This document shows, piece by piece, positions 1 through 11,996 of a DNA stretch of 64,000 nucleotides. A program made the position numbers and the translations under genes. The notes under the pieces are model-generated. The model was not told the origin of the DNA, did not search any database, and saw nothing but the letters and a program-made list of their open reading frames with translations. Position 1 is the first letter of the stretch, and each line of letters starts with the position of its first letter. Source of the DNA: Phoronis australis (Eukaryota > Animalia > Phoronida); the NCBI GenBank assembly GCA_002633005.1, contig NMRA01001040.1, positions 1,419-65,418 of the forward strand. Reading direction: 5' to 3'.

Positions 1-576
1 AAAGCATGTTAGCCATTCCCATAATCACCACTCTGATACATGAATTTGCTATTACTTTAATAATCAAAATATTAAGGAATTTGAAAGACTTACCATAGAC
101 TTAGATCTCGTATGTACCATACACTTAGATCTCGGATGTACCATCTTCCACACAAACATTCTTGTTTCAGATAAAACGAAGTAAAACTTGCCTCAACTCA
201 AACTGTAAAACGGATGTTCAACCCCAACTCTATTAACACTAAAATCAAAACCTCAGACACTTGTTTCAGTGGAAGGTCAAGTAACTTAATGGTCATTACG
301 TAACAGTATACCAATGTAGGTCACATATGGCACTCTGTAGCAGAGCACTCATAATAACAGTGACATCTTTTGGGAGAGACTGCACAGAGTTATATATAGG
401 ATGTTGTGATGAAACCAAGTTGTTGAGAGAATACACGTGTAGGCACTGTGCATATCAAATAACAGTTTCTGATATGTCTGAAATTGTGGGGCATTATATA
501 TACCCCACAATTTTTTGCAACCCCACAGTAAAGGTCTCATATATAAAAATGCCCCGGATCTGTATAGTTCTCTTAG

Positions 577-608
577 TATATATATATATATATATATATA
601 CATATATA
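577..608. repeat. (TA)n microsatellite
   Basis: Run of TA dinucleotides seen directly. Confidence 0.9.
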
Positions 609-734
609 TTAATAAACAAAAAATGCTTTCAGGTGCTTGGTGCAATAGGCCTGGCTGAGCGGCCTGCACATGTCTGATGCGATGTGTATCGGACCATCTG
701 CAATATTTTTAAAATAATGCATTAACCTTTCCAG

Positions 735-3700
735 TTCCTGCATCCAGTGTTATAGATGATGGTAATGTATCTGATGAAGAGAAGCAAGCAGTCCTTGAAG
801 ATGAAAATATCACCTTAGTTGATGTGAGTCGACAAGACACTGACATTGAAGGTTATGAGTAGCGTTATCACTTTGTCTGCATGTAGCCTATAGAATAAAC
901 TCGGTGCAAGAGTTGATGTTCTAAAGGTAGAAAGTGCTTAAAATTTATTTTTTCGTGTGGCCATTCAATTTGTTATTTTTATTAGTAAAATTAGCAAAAA
1001 AGAAAAGATACATTCATATCAAAAATGGTAGAGACCTGACTTAATTTCTTTTTATGATAAGTATTGAACATAAAGTCTCTCACGCTCTCTCAGTTTTCTA
1101 AATTGCCTTTCATATGTGTTTTGCCTTTTTGAAACAATTCCTTATGTTGGAGACAGATGTATCTGAAAGCTACACTAGATTTTGACCATCCATTCTTAGA
1201 TATTATGCTCCAGAGTTAGCCAAATTTTGTGATGTTGATTTCGATTAACACAACTGCTATTAGAACTTTGAGAAACAATAAATAAATCTACTACTGGACT
1301 TACGTATGTAGAGATGGCTACGTTGCGTCCTCCTCTCGAGGACTTCATCAGGCCACTGAGTTGTCACGTGACTTGTCATGTGATCCGTCGTGTAGTTTCC
1401 GCGGGATTCTCTTCAGCGCCCTATCCTAAGTCCAGTAGTAGATTTATTTATTGTTTCTTATATTGCCCAACTGGATGACTGAAAACATTCATCGTATTAT
1501 TAGAACTTTGAGTTTCCAGAGTAATTTAGGGCACATTGTAAATTTATTGTTGGACTGTCAATCTTAAATACACCTCTCACAGATATAAATAGCTGGTTGT
1601 ACCAACACAAACATCAGCAAAAAACAAATCTTGTAAGTGAACCTACGTGCCCCTTTTAATATGTGTTGTAGATATATTGAATTGGGTTACTCAACAATGT
1701 TTTGTGTTTTTATTCTACCCTGCATAACAGGTCAAACCATGTAATAAAAACGTGATTGTGTAGTTTATCATAATTTTTGTATTGTTGTTGGGCCTTATGT
1801 CACTTGTGTGGTTGATAGTTGGTCTGATTATCTTTCAGGATTCAGATGTGCTCGACACATTCACTGGCCTTCCTCTCCCAGATGACGAACTTCTCTACGC
1901 CATCCCCTATTGTGCTCCTTACTCAATGTTACTTAACTTTAAGTGAGTAAACAGTAATACACCTTAACTTTAAGTGTGTAGACAGTAACGTAACAAACCT
2001 TAACTTTAAGTGAGTAAATAGTAAGAACCCTTAACTTAAAGTGAATAAACATTAAAACACATTAGCTTTAAGTGAATAAACATTAACTTTAAGTCAATAA
2101 ACATTAATATACCTTATTTTTAAGTGAGTAAACAGTAAGATGCCTTAACTTAAATTGAGTAAACATTATTATACATTATCTTAAAGTGAGCAAACATTAA
2201 TATACCTTAAGTTTAAGTGAGTAAACAGTAATATACCTTTACTTTAAGTGAGTAAACAGTAATATACCTTTACTTTAAGTGAGTAAACAGTAAGATACCT
2301 TAACTTAAAGTGATTAAAAAGTAAAATACATTTAATTAGCTGTAAGTGAGTAAGCAGTAACATACCTTAACTTTAAGTGAATAAACAATAATATACCTTA
2401 ACCGTAAGTGAGTAAACAGTAATGTACATTAACTTGAAGTGAGTAAAAATTAAAGTACATTAGCTTTAAGTGAGTAAACAATAAAATACTTTAACTTTAA
2501 GTGAATACACAGTAACACACCTTAACTTTGAGTGAGTAAACAGTAATATTCCTTAACCTTAAGTGAGTAAACAGTAATATACCTTAAGTTGAAGTGAGTA
2601 AAAATTAGTACATTAGCTCAAGGCTTGGAATTTTCCGCGGAAATGCGGATTTCCGCTTTTTTCAAATGTTCTGTCCGCGCATTTTATTATATTTCCGCGT
2701 AAAAAAAATTGGATTTGATATAAAATTTCCGCGGCAAATTCCTTTCTTACCGCGGCGTTGCCGACGACGTTCACCTCGAAAAGCGGAAGTTGCTCTGTAT
2801 GTTTCGGAGGAACGTAAATTGTCAACATTGCCGGGGCAGTTGGGATAGCGTCTTGTGTGATTGTAAACCGCGGTGATAAATACTACGGCTCTGCAGCCAA
2901 AAATGTGTGGGGGTGGGAGTGGATGGACGATCTAAAAAGACGCAGACGTATGGTACTGATGGTGGTAACGTTTTTTTTTTTAGTACTCTCGATTTTTGTC
3001 GGCGAAAGGTTCACATGGAGTATTTCAAGGCTGGGTAGCGCGCATGTTTTGGGCCGTAAAAGTTTCCGCGTTTTTTGTCATTGGTCATTCCAAGCCCTGT
3101 TAGCTATAAGTGAGTAAACATTAAAATACTTCAACTTTAAGGGAGGAAAAATAATAAACCTTAACTTTAAGTGAGCAAACAGTGGCACTCTATTGGAGTT
3201 CAAAGTAGCTGTATTGCTGTAGAATCACTACAATAGTTATTTAGATGTACCTCCATGCTATTGTGGTCAGAATTGACTGCATTTGGTGCTGAAAATGAAA
3301 TTGTTGTCTTGACTTTGGACATGTGAGAGAAAACTTTTGTCCTATAAAACAGCTGTTACTGTGGAGGTGTCTCAGCTTCAAATTGTTTTAGCAACTGCTG
3401 TGAACCAGTCAAAGTTGAAACTTAAACTCTACATATACATTTGAATATCAATGCTGGGTCCAAGGGCCCATTTTATCAAGGATTTCAAGTTCAGTCATTG
3501 CTGAGATAGTCCTGGGAAGTTTATTGTTTTATTGAAACTGAAGTTTTATGTGTTGATAATTTTCATGATCAGACTTATTGACCATCTCTACGTACCACGT
3601 GAATGAACTGTGTGCAAAATTGAAGTTGCGACTGTCTAAGCTATAACTGGTCTGACAACCTTTGATGAGACGGGCCTCGCTGCGTGGATGTAACAGTCTC

Positions 3701-6489
3701 TAATAGGGACTCATCTAAGTTCTCTAAATTTGCTGCAAATTTTTGGGCTTGTAAACACAATTATTGTCGCAGATGATGCTGTTTTAGTTTCACTACTTTA
3801 TCAATTATTTGGCTTTTATACAAATTGAGAATGAACTCTATGTTGAATAGTCATATTATTAAAAATAAGAAGGGATTTCAATGCCCCTAATATAAGAAGT
3901 AAGTCCCTATTTATATTAGTCTAACTAAGGACTCAGATTTTAGATTTATTTTTAAAAATGCTGTTAATCGAAGAGGGCCTCATAATAAAGATAAAGCCAT
4001 AAAAAATATAATTACATCTGTGATTGAACAATAACACAAATATACAGAATATTTTGGAGACTTAGTCGAGTTTTTATTTGGGACTGCTTCATGCAAATGA
4101 GTACAGGTGCCTGAAATTTATATGTTGAATCACATTGATAACATAGTATTGCACGTCACGTTCTCAATCACAATGATAACATCATACTGTTGTGTGTCAC
4201 GTTCTCATTATTGAATAATACTTTTGACAACTTGTAGAAATTAAACCTGTACAGAAGATAAGCTTTGAGATTTTGTGCAACCTAGCCCTGATGAATGGGT
4301 TTGCTTACTGGTTTCACAACTATATATCAAAGGGAGATAATTGATGCTATTTCAGTGTGTGGCATAAGACTTTGTTGCTGTGTCCATCCATGGATGTTGT
4401 CACTTAGCAGCTGTCTGGTAAAAATGATCTTTTTTGCCGAAAAACTTGACGTGTCTAAAACTTTCAACCACATGACGCAACTTTTGTAAAAACACACTTG
4501 CACAATGTAAAGTAATTCAGTTACTTTTTGTCAATAGTTTTATTTTAAGTTTTATTGCATTCAGCTTTCGTAGCAAAGTTAGAATCTAATGAATAGTCTT
4601 TGAAGTTGTAATATTAAAACTTCAAAAACCTTTATAAATAACAAACAGCAAAGCTTCCCCGTGCGTGAGCACTGAATTGACCTTGAGACAGCACAGCTAG
4701 ACAGTCTTGTCGTGTTTCTTGAGTTGGGGCTCGTCTCGGTTTAAATGAACGTGGATATGGAATTTGCCACTGAAGATGAGTCCGTTTAAGAAGTTGTTTG
4801 CATGTCCTTCCGACTGGCAGTACGTACAGTTGCGAAACCCGATTTGTCAATCATAACCTTGTCACCTTCTCGGAATTTTGGCATTGTTTGCTTGGCACGC
4901 TCTTGGTTGTTTTGAAGACAATAAAATTTAAAGCGTATGGATTTCTACTTTGCACTACTTTGTGATACGCCCATGTAATATTAAAAAAATTAGTCGGTGT
5001 TATTAGCCAGTCTTGTTGTAACACATTCCAGGTCATGTGAGAAAATGACTTTATGTCATGGTTGTAATTTTTTTGCATTATTATTTTCAGTATCTAGATT
5101 TTTACAGCAAGGAGGACTAGTTTTGTTGACAACGTTTGTCTAATTGTGTTGCAGATATAAAGTAAAATTAACACCAGGAAGCACAAAGAGAGGCAAAGGT
5201 AAAATGTCTGACATAAACTGTTATGAAAATCGTATGATATGTGTACAACTTGTTACTTATATATTAAATACTATTTCTGCTTAATATCAAATTTTGACAG
5301 TTCTTACCTTAAAATTAAGTAAAATTGTGTGTATCTTTGCCAGTACATGTTTGATTTACGTTAAAATATGCAGCTTTTTGATAGTTTTCATGTTTAATGG
5401 AAGGTGTCTTTTCATATTCTGCCGACAATCCCAAATTGATCAACGACTAGTAAATAACCACGCCGTGCACGCTGTTGCATTTTTGCTTATGATGACCTCA
5501 TTCATTTACAAGTTACTGCATCACATCTCACTTTTTTGACTGTCTGTTATGTGGTTGTATAACAGTCTATGGAAACACCTCTTGGAATAATTAACTTGTA
5601 CAACAAAGCCGCCATGGTCTTTGCATGCTTGTGAGCATGTAGCTGTCATTTAATTTTCCATCGATTCCAGGGACAAACAACTTTGCCTATAATGTGTTGC
5701 AACTTTTCTCGTTGTATTAATTGATGAAACTTTCATTGTGCCTTCCATATATCCATTATTTATGTGAGAGCTTACTGGTGTTATCTCTGTGTGTGAGGCG
5801 TTCCACCATCCTGATGTTAGCTTCTTTGTCTCACAAATGTTTACACTGTGTCCCATATTGACTTTCTCTGCATTGGATTTATTTTCATTTAAATATTTTT
5901 AGTCAATTATGGGTTGTTTTAGTAAATGTGCTGCGTCGATTTTGTACTTTTGGACTTTGGTTGCTCAGTGATCTTATTCCATTCACTGGTCTTGCTTCAT
6001 TCACACATTGTCTCTGTCAGTGAACTTATTCACCTTTTGTAATTGACAGCTGCCAAGACAGCACTTCACATGTTTACGGTTGACCGCATGGCCACAAGTC
6101 GTGAGAGGGACCTACTTAAAAGTATTAAGGTGAGTGTGGAGAACCCTTCAGGTTAGCTATGTATTGATCAGAGAATTAAGCTTCAAAGGATAATTACCTG
6201 ATCTTCATTTATCGGATCTTTAGGTAAATATTGATAGAAAAACATTGTAAAGTTGCATGGAAATGGCGAGATTATTGTAAAATATTTATTTAGCAGTTTT
6301 CACTTGAAAGCTAGCAATGTTAGCCTCTCCTTTACAAATTTTAATTCCTATCAAATCCGAAATATTTTGTATTTAATATTTATTTAATTTGTAAATTGTT
6401 ATTTATAGGACTCTGACTTGTCAAGAAATTTACCTGGAAAAGTAAAAGTGTCTGCCCCAAATCTGCAGAAATCGAAAGGAAAGAAATGA
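735..6489 (+). CDS. NEMF: NEMF (ribosome quality control, NFACT-C domain), 3' partial; exons 735-823, 1839-1942, 5155-5198, 6050-6129, 6409-6489
   Basis: Spliced translation ...[102 protein letters not shown] matches the conserved NEMF C-terminus; all introns GT-AG, phases consistent; upstream exons lie outside the window. Confidence 0.95.
1258..1512. mobile_element. Penelope-like retroelement remnant (inverted pLTR piece)
   Basis: 15-bp direct repeat TATTAGAACTTTGAG at 1258-1272 and 1498-1512; 32-bp perfect inverted repeat 1271-1302/1427-1458; TGGATGACTGAAAACATTCATCG end motif resembling PLE termini; hammerhead-like core inside. Confidence 0.7.
1315..1355 (-). ncRNA. Degenerate minimal type I hammerhead ribozyme motif
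   Basis: Minus strand UGGC-CUGAUGA-A-GUCCUC(gagag)GAGGAC-GCAAC-GUA-GCCA: stem I UGGC/GCCA, stem II, palindromic ACGU stem III; GAAA core changed to GCAA. Confidence 0.6.
1931..3183 (+). repeat. ~31-bp minisatellite (consensus ACCTTAACTTTAAGTGAGTAAACAGTAATAT), ~22 units at 1931-2618 plus ~3 at 3100-3183
   Basis: Tandem degenerate units visible; first unit spans the NEMF exon/intron junction at 1942/1943. Confidence 0.9.
2619..3099. mobile_element. Non-autonomous DNA transposon (481 bp), hAT-like termini, 6-bp TSD
   Basis: TIRs CAAGGCTTGGAAT / ATTCCAAGCCCTG; TTAGCT duplicated at 2613-2618 and 3100-3105; CpG-rich interior with TTCCGCG subterminal repeats. Confidence 0.8.
3464..3677. mobile_element. 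MITE with GGGCCC-type (PIF/Harbinger-like) imperfect TIRs
   Basis: GGGCCCATTTTATCAAGG ... CTTTGATGAGACGGGCCT. Confidence 0.45.
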
Positions 6490-8791
6490 TTTAATAAATG
6501 TATGGTAAAATCTCACCACTTTAGGACACAAGATGACAGACAAGTGAAATCTTATTTTCTCATTCTTTTCAGATAAAACATATAATGCTCTGTCATGTTC
6601 AAGTTGAGTGCCACTGCCACCAACAGACAATGTTTTGAAAAACTGGTCATTCGTAACAATGTTAAAAGACATTGAAAATTTGGTAATTTGACAATGGGTT
6701 TTGTTCGAAATTTGTGGGATTTTACCATCGATTGTTCTTCTGTTATTTGTCGACTGCCAAAATGACGGTTTGATAAACTATGGTTCTGGAAAACATTGTA
6801 AGTTTGTGTGGAGAATTAAATTGTTTCTTCCATGAAATTAGTCGACTTAACGTCCATCAAGCTCAGTTTGTAAGACTTGCATGTTCATGAAATTGAGGTT
6901 AAAGTGATTAAGTTGCAGTCATGGCTGTGATCTGATAATAATACAATCATAATAATTTCCTTCATTGAACAGTATAAAGGCAGTTGTTGAATTCCAAGCA
7001 GTTATGTAACTGTTGATAATCAAGATACCACAAGATTTCTGTAATCATGGAATGTTGATGAAAAATTGTTGTCCCAATTTTAGGATCAAATGTTTTATTG
7101 TTGCTGTTATTATGAAGTTTATAGTAGTACTCGGCTTAAAGAGACAACAGCAGTGCTACAGAACAATAACAATATATAGAGTTAGAATAGAAACCGATTA
7201 TACTTAGTACACATGAGGCCAAAAATAGCAGAATTGGTTCACTCTAGTCTGTTTTGAAAATTGTTGGGCTGATGCAGTTGCCTGCTGAACTAGGTCAAGA
7301 TCTTTCTTTTTTTCAGTGTCGCCTAATGCTGGCTGAAATGAGTTGGGTTCTCTCTTTTTTACCCAACGCGACATGTTGGCCCTTTGTGGTGTAGGATTCA
7401 AAATGAGCTGGGTGCATACCAGAACCGCATATGCTATTTTTGGAATATTGAGGATGATAAATCCAGTAACTAAATGATAAAGACCTGTGTGTACTCTGTA
7501 TACTATTGTGGTAACAAATAATAAAATAATATATAATAATAATAAAAGCACAATTATACATATACCAAGCACAAATAAATAAGACTGAAAAGAAAAAGTG
7601 AGGGTAGCTAAAACAGATTCTACTATTATATACATCTACAACCAGGGTATATGGAACAAAAATTAACTTTGTGCTATTTGGTTCTTTTGATTTTCATCCT
7701 GATCATCCCCATGCAGTTGATTTCCGCAAAGGTGCCATTTTGTAATCCTGGTTCAAGGGAACTAATGAAACTAATGTGGTGAGCCCTTTGTTTTAATGGA
7801 AAACTATAGTCCCAGTAGAGGTATGGATTAATTCTTTTAGATTTGACATCTGTGAAACCTTGGGTTATTGCATGGGTATGATAAATGAAAGTTGTGGTTT
7901 TTAAAATGAACATAAACGCCTCTACATTGAATTATCATTTTTATTAAGTAAACTAGTAACAAACATAACAGATGAAAATTAAGATTTCTATTGCAGTCTA
8001 AAAATCTAACAAGAAAAGCAGTTTTGAGTATTGGGCAATAAATGGTGTAACTGAACTAAAGTCTGAAGTGTGTTGGTGTGCTTTTCGTTATGAAGAGTTT
8101 GGATAGAGGCAGAAAATAGTTTTCATGCATTGAAATCTCTTGGAAAATAAGAAAACTTGAAACTAATGGAAAATTTCGCAAGATATGAGACCCGAATCTT
8201 TTAGTAGATGCTAACCAACAATCATGATCTTAAGTTATATTTTTGTGGAAAATTAACTGGTCATCATAAAAAAGCATGCCCTGAAGCTCATGGGAATGAA
8301 AAACAAAGAGGTCGGAAGTGAGACCCCTTTAAAAATATTGATCAATTCTCCAAGACTGGTAAGCTCCAAGTACATTAGGTGGCACTAGTTATGAGACCAT
8401 TTTATCTCGAGAACGAACCCACGGACGTGAAGAGATTTTTGCTGTCTATTGGATAATGAAAGAGAATAAATGTAGCTTTTCTTCACTAGCCCCACCTCTC
8501 ATTAGTCTGGGGCTCCAAATGAATTTTGAATCTTCCCATCTGATTTAAAGCTTAATTTGGTTTGGTTTCATTAGACTTGGGGTGTAGCATTGATTGAGAT
8601 GTAAAGTTTATGAAGTGAAAATTTCCACATCGCTAACACTTTTAAGTATCGTGTTTCGGTTTTTATATTGAAGTACATTTTATAGATTTCAAAGTATCAC
8701 TTTGTTTAAGCGTGGAATGCATGATTGATTTTGGAATGATTTTCTGGTCTTGTCGAAAATAAAAACATAATTATGTCGTTGATGATCTCTG

Positions 8792-9073
8792 TCACATTAT
8801 GGGAGTATCTGTTCTGAACCCGTCCGTCCTCAAGTCCACGCTTGACCCCGTCCTTGGTGTAAAGTATTTGCGAGCTTGAACATTTTTGGAGATTGTATAC
8901 AGACTTGGGAAAGTGTCGTCTGCTGGGTCGTCTGGTACCTCGGACGGCTCATCGATTTCTTGGTCTGCGTGACAATGTTCCTGTTCTGTGATGTCGTCGA
9001 TATCCTCGATAGATATCGTAGGATTAGTCTGGTTGTCTGGACTTTCAGAACACTCCGTCACAGAAGTGAAATC
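8792..9073 (-). CDS. Probable alternative terminal coding exon of the TMEM196-like gene (acidic tail DFTSVTECSESPDNQ...TDTPIM*)
   Basis: TTTTATATTTAG acceptor, 94 open codons incl. stop, coding-like composition in AT-rich flanks; phase 0 matches an internal donor CAG|GTACTT at 12069. Confidence 0.55.
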   Translation of the reverse strand, partial: DFTSVTECSESPDNQTNPTISIEDIDDITEQEHCHADQEIDEPSEVPDDPADDTFPSLYTISKNVQARKYFTPRTGSSVDLRTDGFRTDTPIM

Positions 9074-9157
9074 CTAAATATAAAAACGAATTATGGGTGC
9101 TGTATTACCATCGAATTTCATATCTGAGCTCTATGCACAGGCGGATGGAGGGTGTCA

Positions 9158-9569
9158 GTACCCGGTTGCATGAAACGGTCCCAAATAGGGATTCAACTTG
9201 TTCTTTAAATTTACCGCGTATTTGTGGACTTGTAGAAACACTGTTTGTCTTTTCTCAAGCTACTTAAGTTTCATTACTAAGTCTGCTTTTGGCTTTGGCA
9301 TTGATACAGATGTAGAGTGAAATCTATTATTGAAAATATGCAGGGATCTTTTCATGCAGCGCTTCTAATTTAAAGACTGAGTCCCTATTTATTTCCGTTG
9401 AACTAAGGGTTCAGTTTTTAGTTATATTATTAGAAAGCGTCAGTATTTAAAAAGCTCATAATGGAGATAAAATGATAGAAAAAGATTACACCTGTGAGCA
9501 ATGAACGACAACAAGTGCGTAAAAGATTTAGGGAACTCAATTAGCCGACTGTTTCACGCAACCGAGCAC
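9158..9569. mobile_element. MITE; related degenerate copy at ~3680-4105
   Basis: Imperfect TIRs GTACCCGGTTGCATGAAAC / GTTTCACGCAACCGAGCAC; internal GTCCCTATTTAT...AACTAAGGG block shared with 3903-3935. Confidence 0.55.
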
Positions 9570-11996
9570 GGGAGCCCAGGGCCCTCATTTAATGCACAAT
9601 CAAAATGAACCAAGAAACTGCAGTGGCACTGGGGTTCTTGTTTGTGTTTTGGTTGTGGTGGTTGAGTTCCTTTCTAGTATACTAGATCTGCTAATACATT
9701 GTAAAATATTTTTTGATGAGTAACCATCTGACACAACACTCATTATGGATTCATGGTGGAAATGAAGTAGTGTTTCCCAAGTGTCGGTGTTAGATTTTGT
9801 GAGTTTCTGGTGGCGCTTCGACTGACATCCACTCAGGAAATGTGTGATTTGAAAAAGCGGGCTTAAAATACTCTTTCGTCAAACGTTTGATGATTTAGAA
9901 AGCGATATACGAAATTGGTTTTGCTTCGCTTCTTGTCATGGAATGGTTTTCATGAAATAAATCCTGAAAGTCACGTGAAAAAATACCCAGAAAACAACAC
10001 AGAATGTTTGATGATAAGATCTCGCGATTGCACATGATGATTTTACAATGTTCACACAACTGGACATATTGACATGAAACTTGGAAGTGTCTAATTGACA
10101 AAACTTAACAGCGTACGTTTCCTCAGCTGTATTTTATGTGATAATTTTCAGATTTAAAACGGTGATTTGCATCAGGCCAAATGAAGAACAACGTGCTCGG
10201 TTCATTTTGGAATTTGCCAAATTTGTATTTGTGCAATTGAAAAGCCATTTTCCCCAATGAAATTCATCCATAGCGTTCAACATGTATTGGATAAGTAAGT
10301 ATAAGCGTGAAACGGGAAATGTTCACAATGAACACAGCGCAATATTAACAAAATATGGACACCCAGGACAGGGTTATGAGAAAGTTGTTCGTTGTTTGTT
10401 ATTGCCTGCTACTTACTCGGTAACAAAGTGCTGTGATTCTGTTCTTGTTTGTCAATATTGTTTTACGCTATGTTCATAGTGAAAACGCTTTCGCGCAGTT
10501 CTATCTACTTATGGCAAGTACAACAAGAAGCAAGCGCCTGCCTGACGGCGACGTGCCGAGAAGCTGAAAAATCAAGTAGACACGGATGATGAGTCGTGCA
10601 AAACCCAAACTCTTTTATTTGGTTTATTTAATGTCCCTTTGATTGCGTTGTTGTTGTTTTGGAAATACTTGTTCAAATGGAAGTGCTCTGCCAACGTCAA
10701 ACGTGGAATTGTTTTACGTCGATTCCGCATTTTGGAATATATGTAAAACTCACTTATGTTGTTGCAATCACAATGGGTCAAATATATTAGGACCAGGATT
10801 TAACCTTGTAGAAAGTGCCAAATATAAACACTTGATGATGTAGAAATGACGCTGTTAAGTAAAATAGATTCATGCATTAGAAGGTAGGTATAGAAAAAAT
10901 CCAACTGAAGTCTGGGGTCTATGATATGACACAAGATATACATGTGTGCGCGCGCGCGTGTGTGAGTGAATGTGTGTGTGGGCGCGCGCGTGTGTATTTA
11001 TAAGTGTATGAATGAATGCACAATTAAAGGCCAGTGCGCCTATGTGTGAAGTTGCGCCTATATTCCAAATTACGCGCATGTACACCAGTGTATGCGAACA
11101 TGGAGGGGCAATAAAAACAGATAGCATGTGAGTGTGACTTAACTGATACAAAGCGATCTTTTCCAATTCGGATTTAACTAACTTATGAATTGAAACTACG
11201 GAAAATGAACGAAAGGCCCACAAAAGGCATCTATTTGAGCCATAGATATCTTCAAAAGATGAGTTTCCGCCTGCGCATATACGTGAAACTTGGGTACATG
11301 CGCTTATATGCGAAACGCATGCACAAAATAATAGTTTATCAAGTCACATTGTTTCGAATGTATGCTGATGGGGCCACTAGCCTGCATATACGGTAAAGTC
11401 GGCAGAGACTGTGTTGAAATTTAAAGCTTTCGTGTTTACAAAACACAAATGTGATCTAAGGGTCATATCTTTCTTTTCCAAAAATATCTAAGCTAACAAC
11501 TTGTTTCTAAATGCCAATATAATCAAACAAACAAACAAACAAACAATGAAAACCTTGATTTATAAGATAACTTTTACTGACACACCTTAAAACGATTAGC
11601 TGTCCGAAGTGCAGCAAAATTGTAATCCTGCATTCTGAGATTACCAATGTTTTTCTAGTTGACTGCCTGTAACGCTTAATCTGACTTTCCTCATACAAAA
11701 TGGAAGCAAAGAGCGTTGTCCTTTGACATATTTTCTACCAAAGGAAGAATAGATATCTTGATGTTCCAGCAGCAGATAGAGCGGACACTGAACTATGAGC
11801 AGAATCGCACAGTGAGCGACAGATGTCGGCAAAGCAAAGATTAGGCAAGCTTGAAACCCCGTATCCAAACTAAGCGGAAACGAAAATACTTTATAAGTCA
11901 AAATCTCTCTTTGGCCCAAAGGCTTGATCCATTAGCACTGTTCGGCGTTTGAGCGTAAGCTGTTTTCGTCTAAAGAGCCACAGATTCACAACACAG

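Noticed and set aside
824-851. Longer NEMF exon ending at 851
   Set aside because: Donor at 823 (GTGAGT) is stronger and gives the phase 0 needed by the next exon; 851 gives phase 1.
7204-7635. 143-aa hydrophobic ORF on the minus strand
   Set aside because: Hydrophobicity follows from AT-rich low-complexity sequence in the NEMF 3' region; no splice or motif support.
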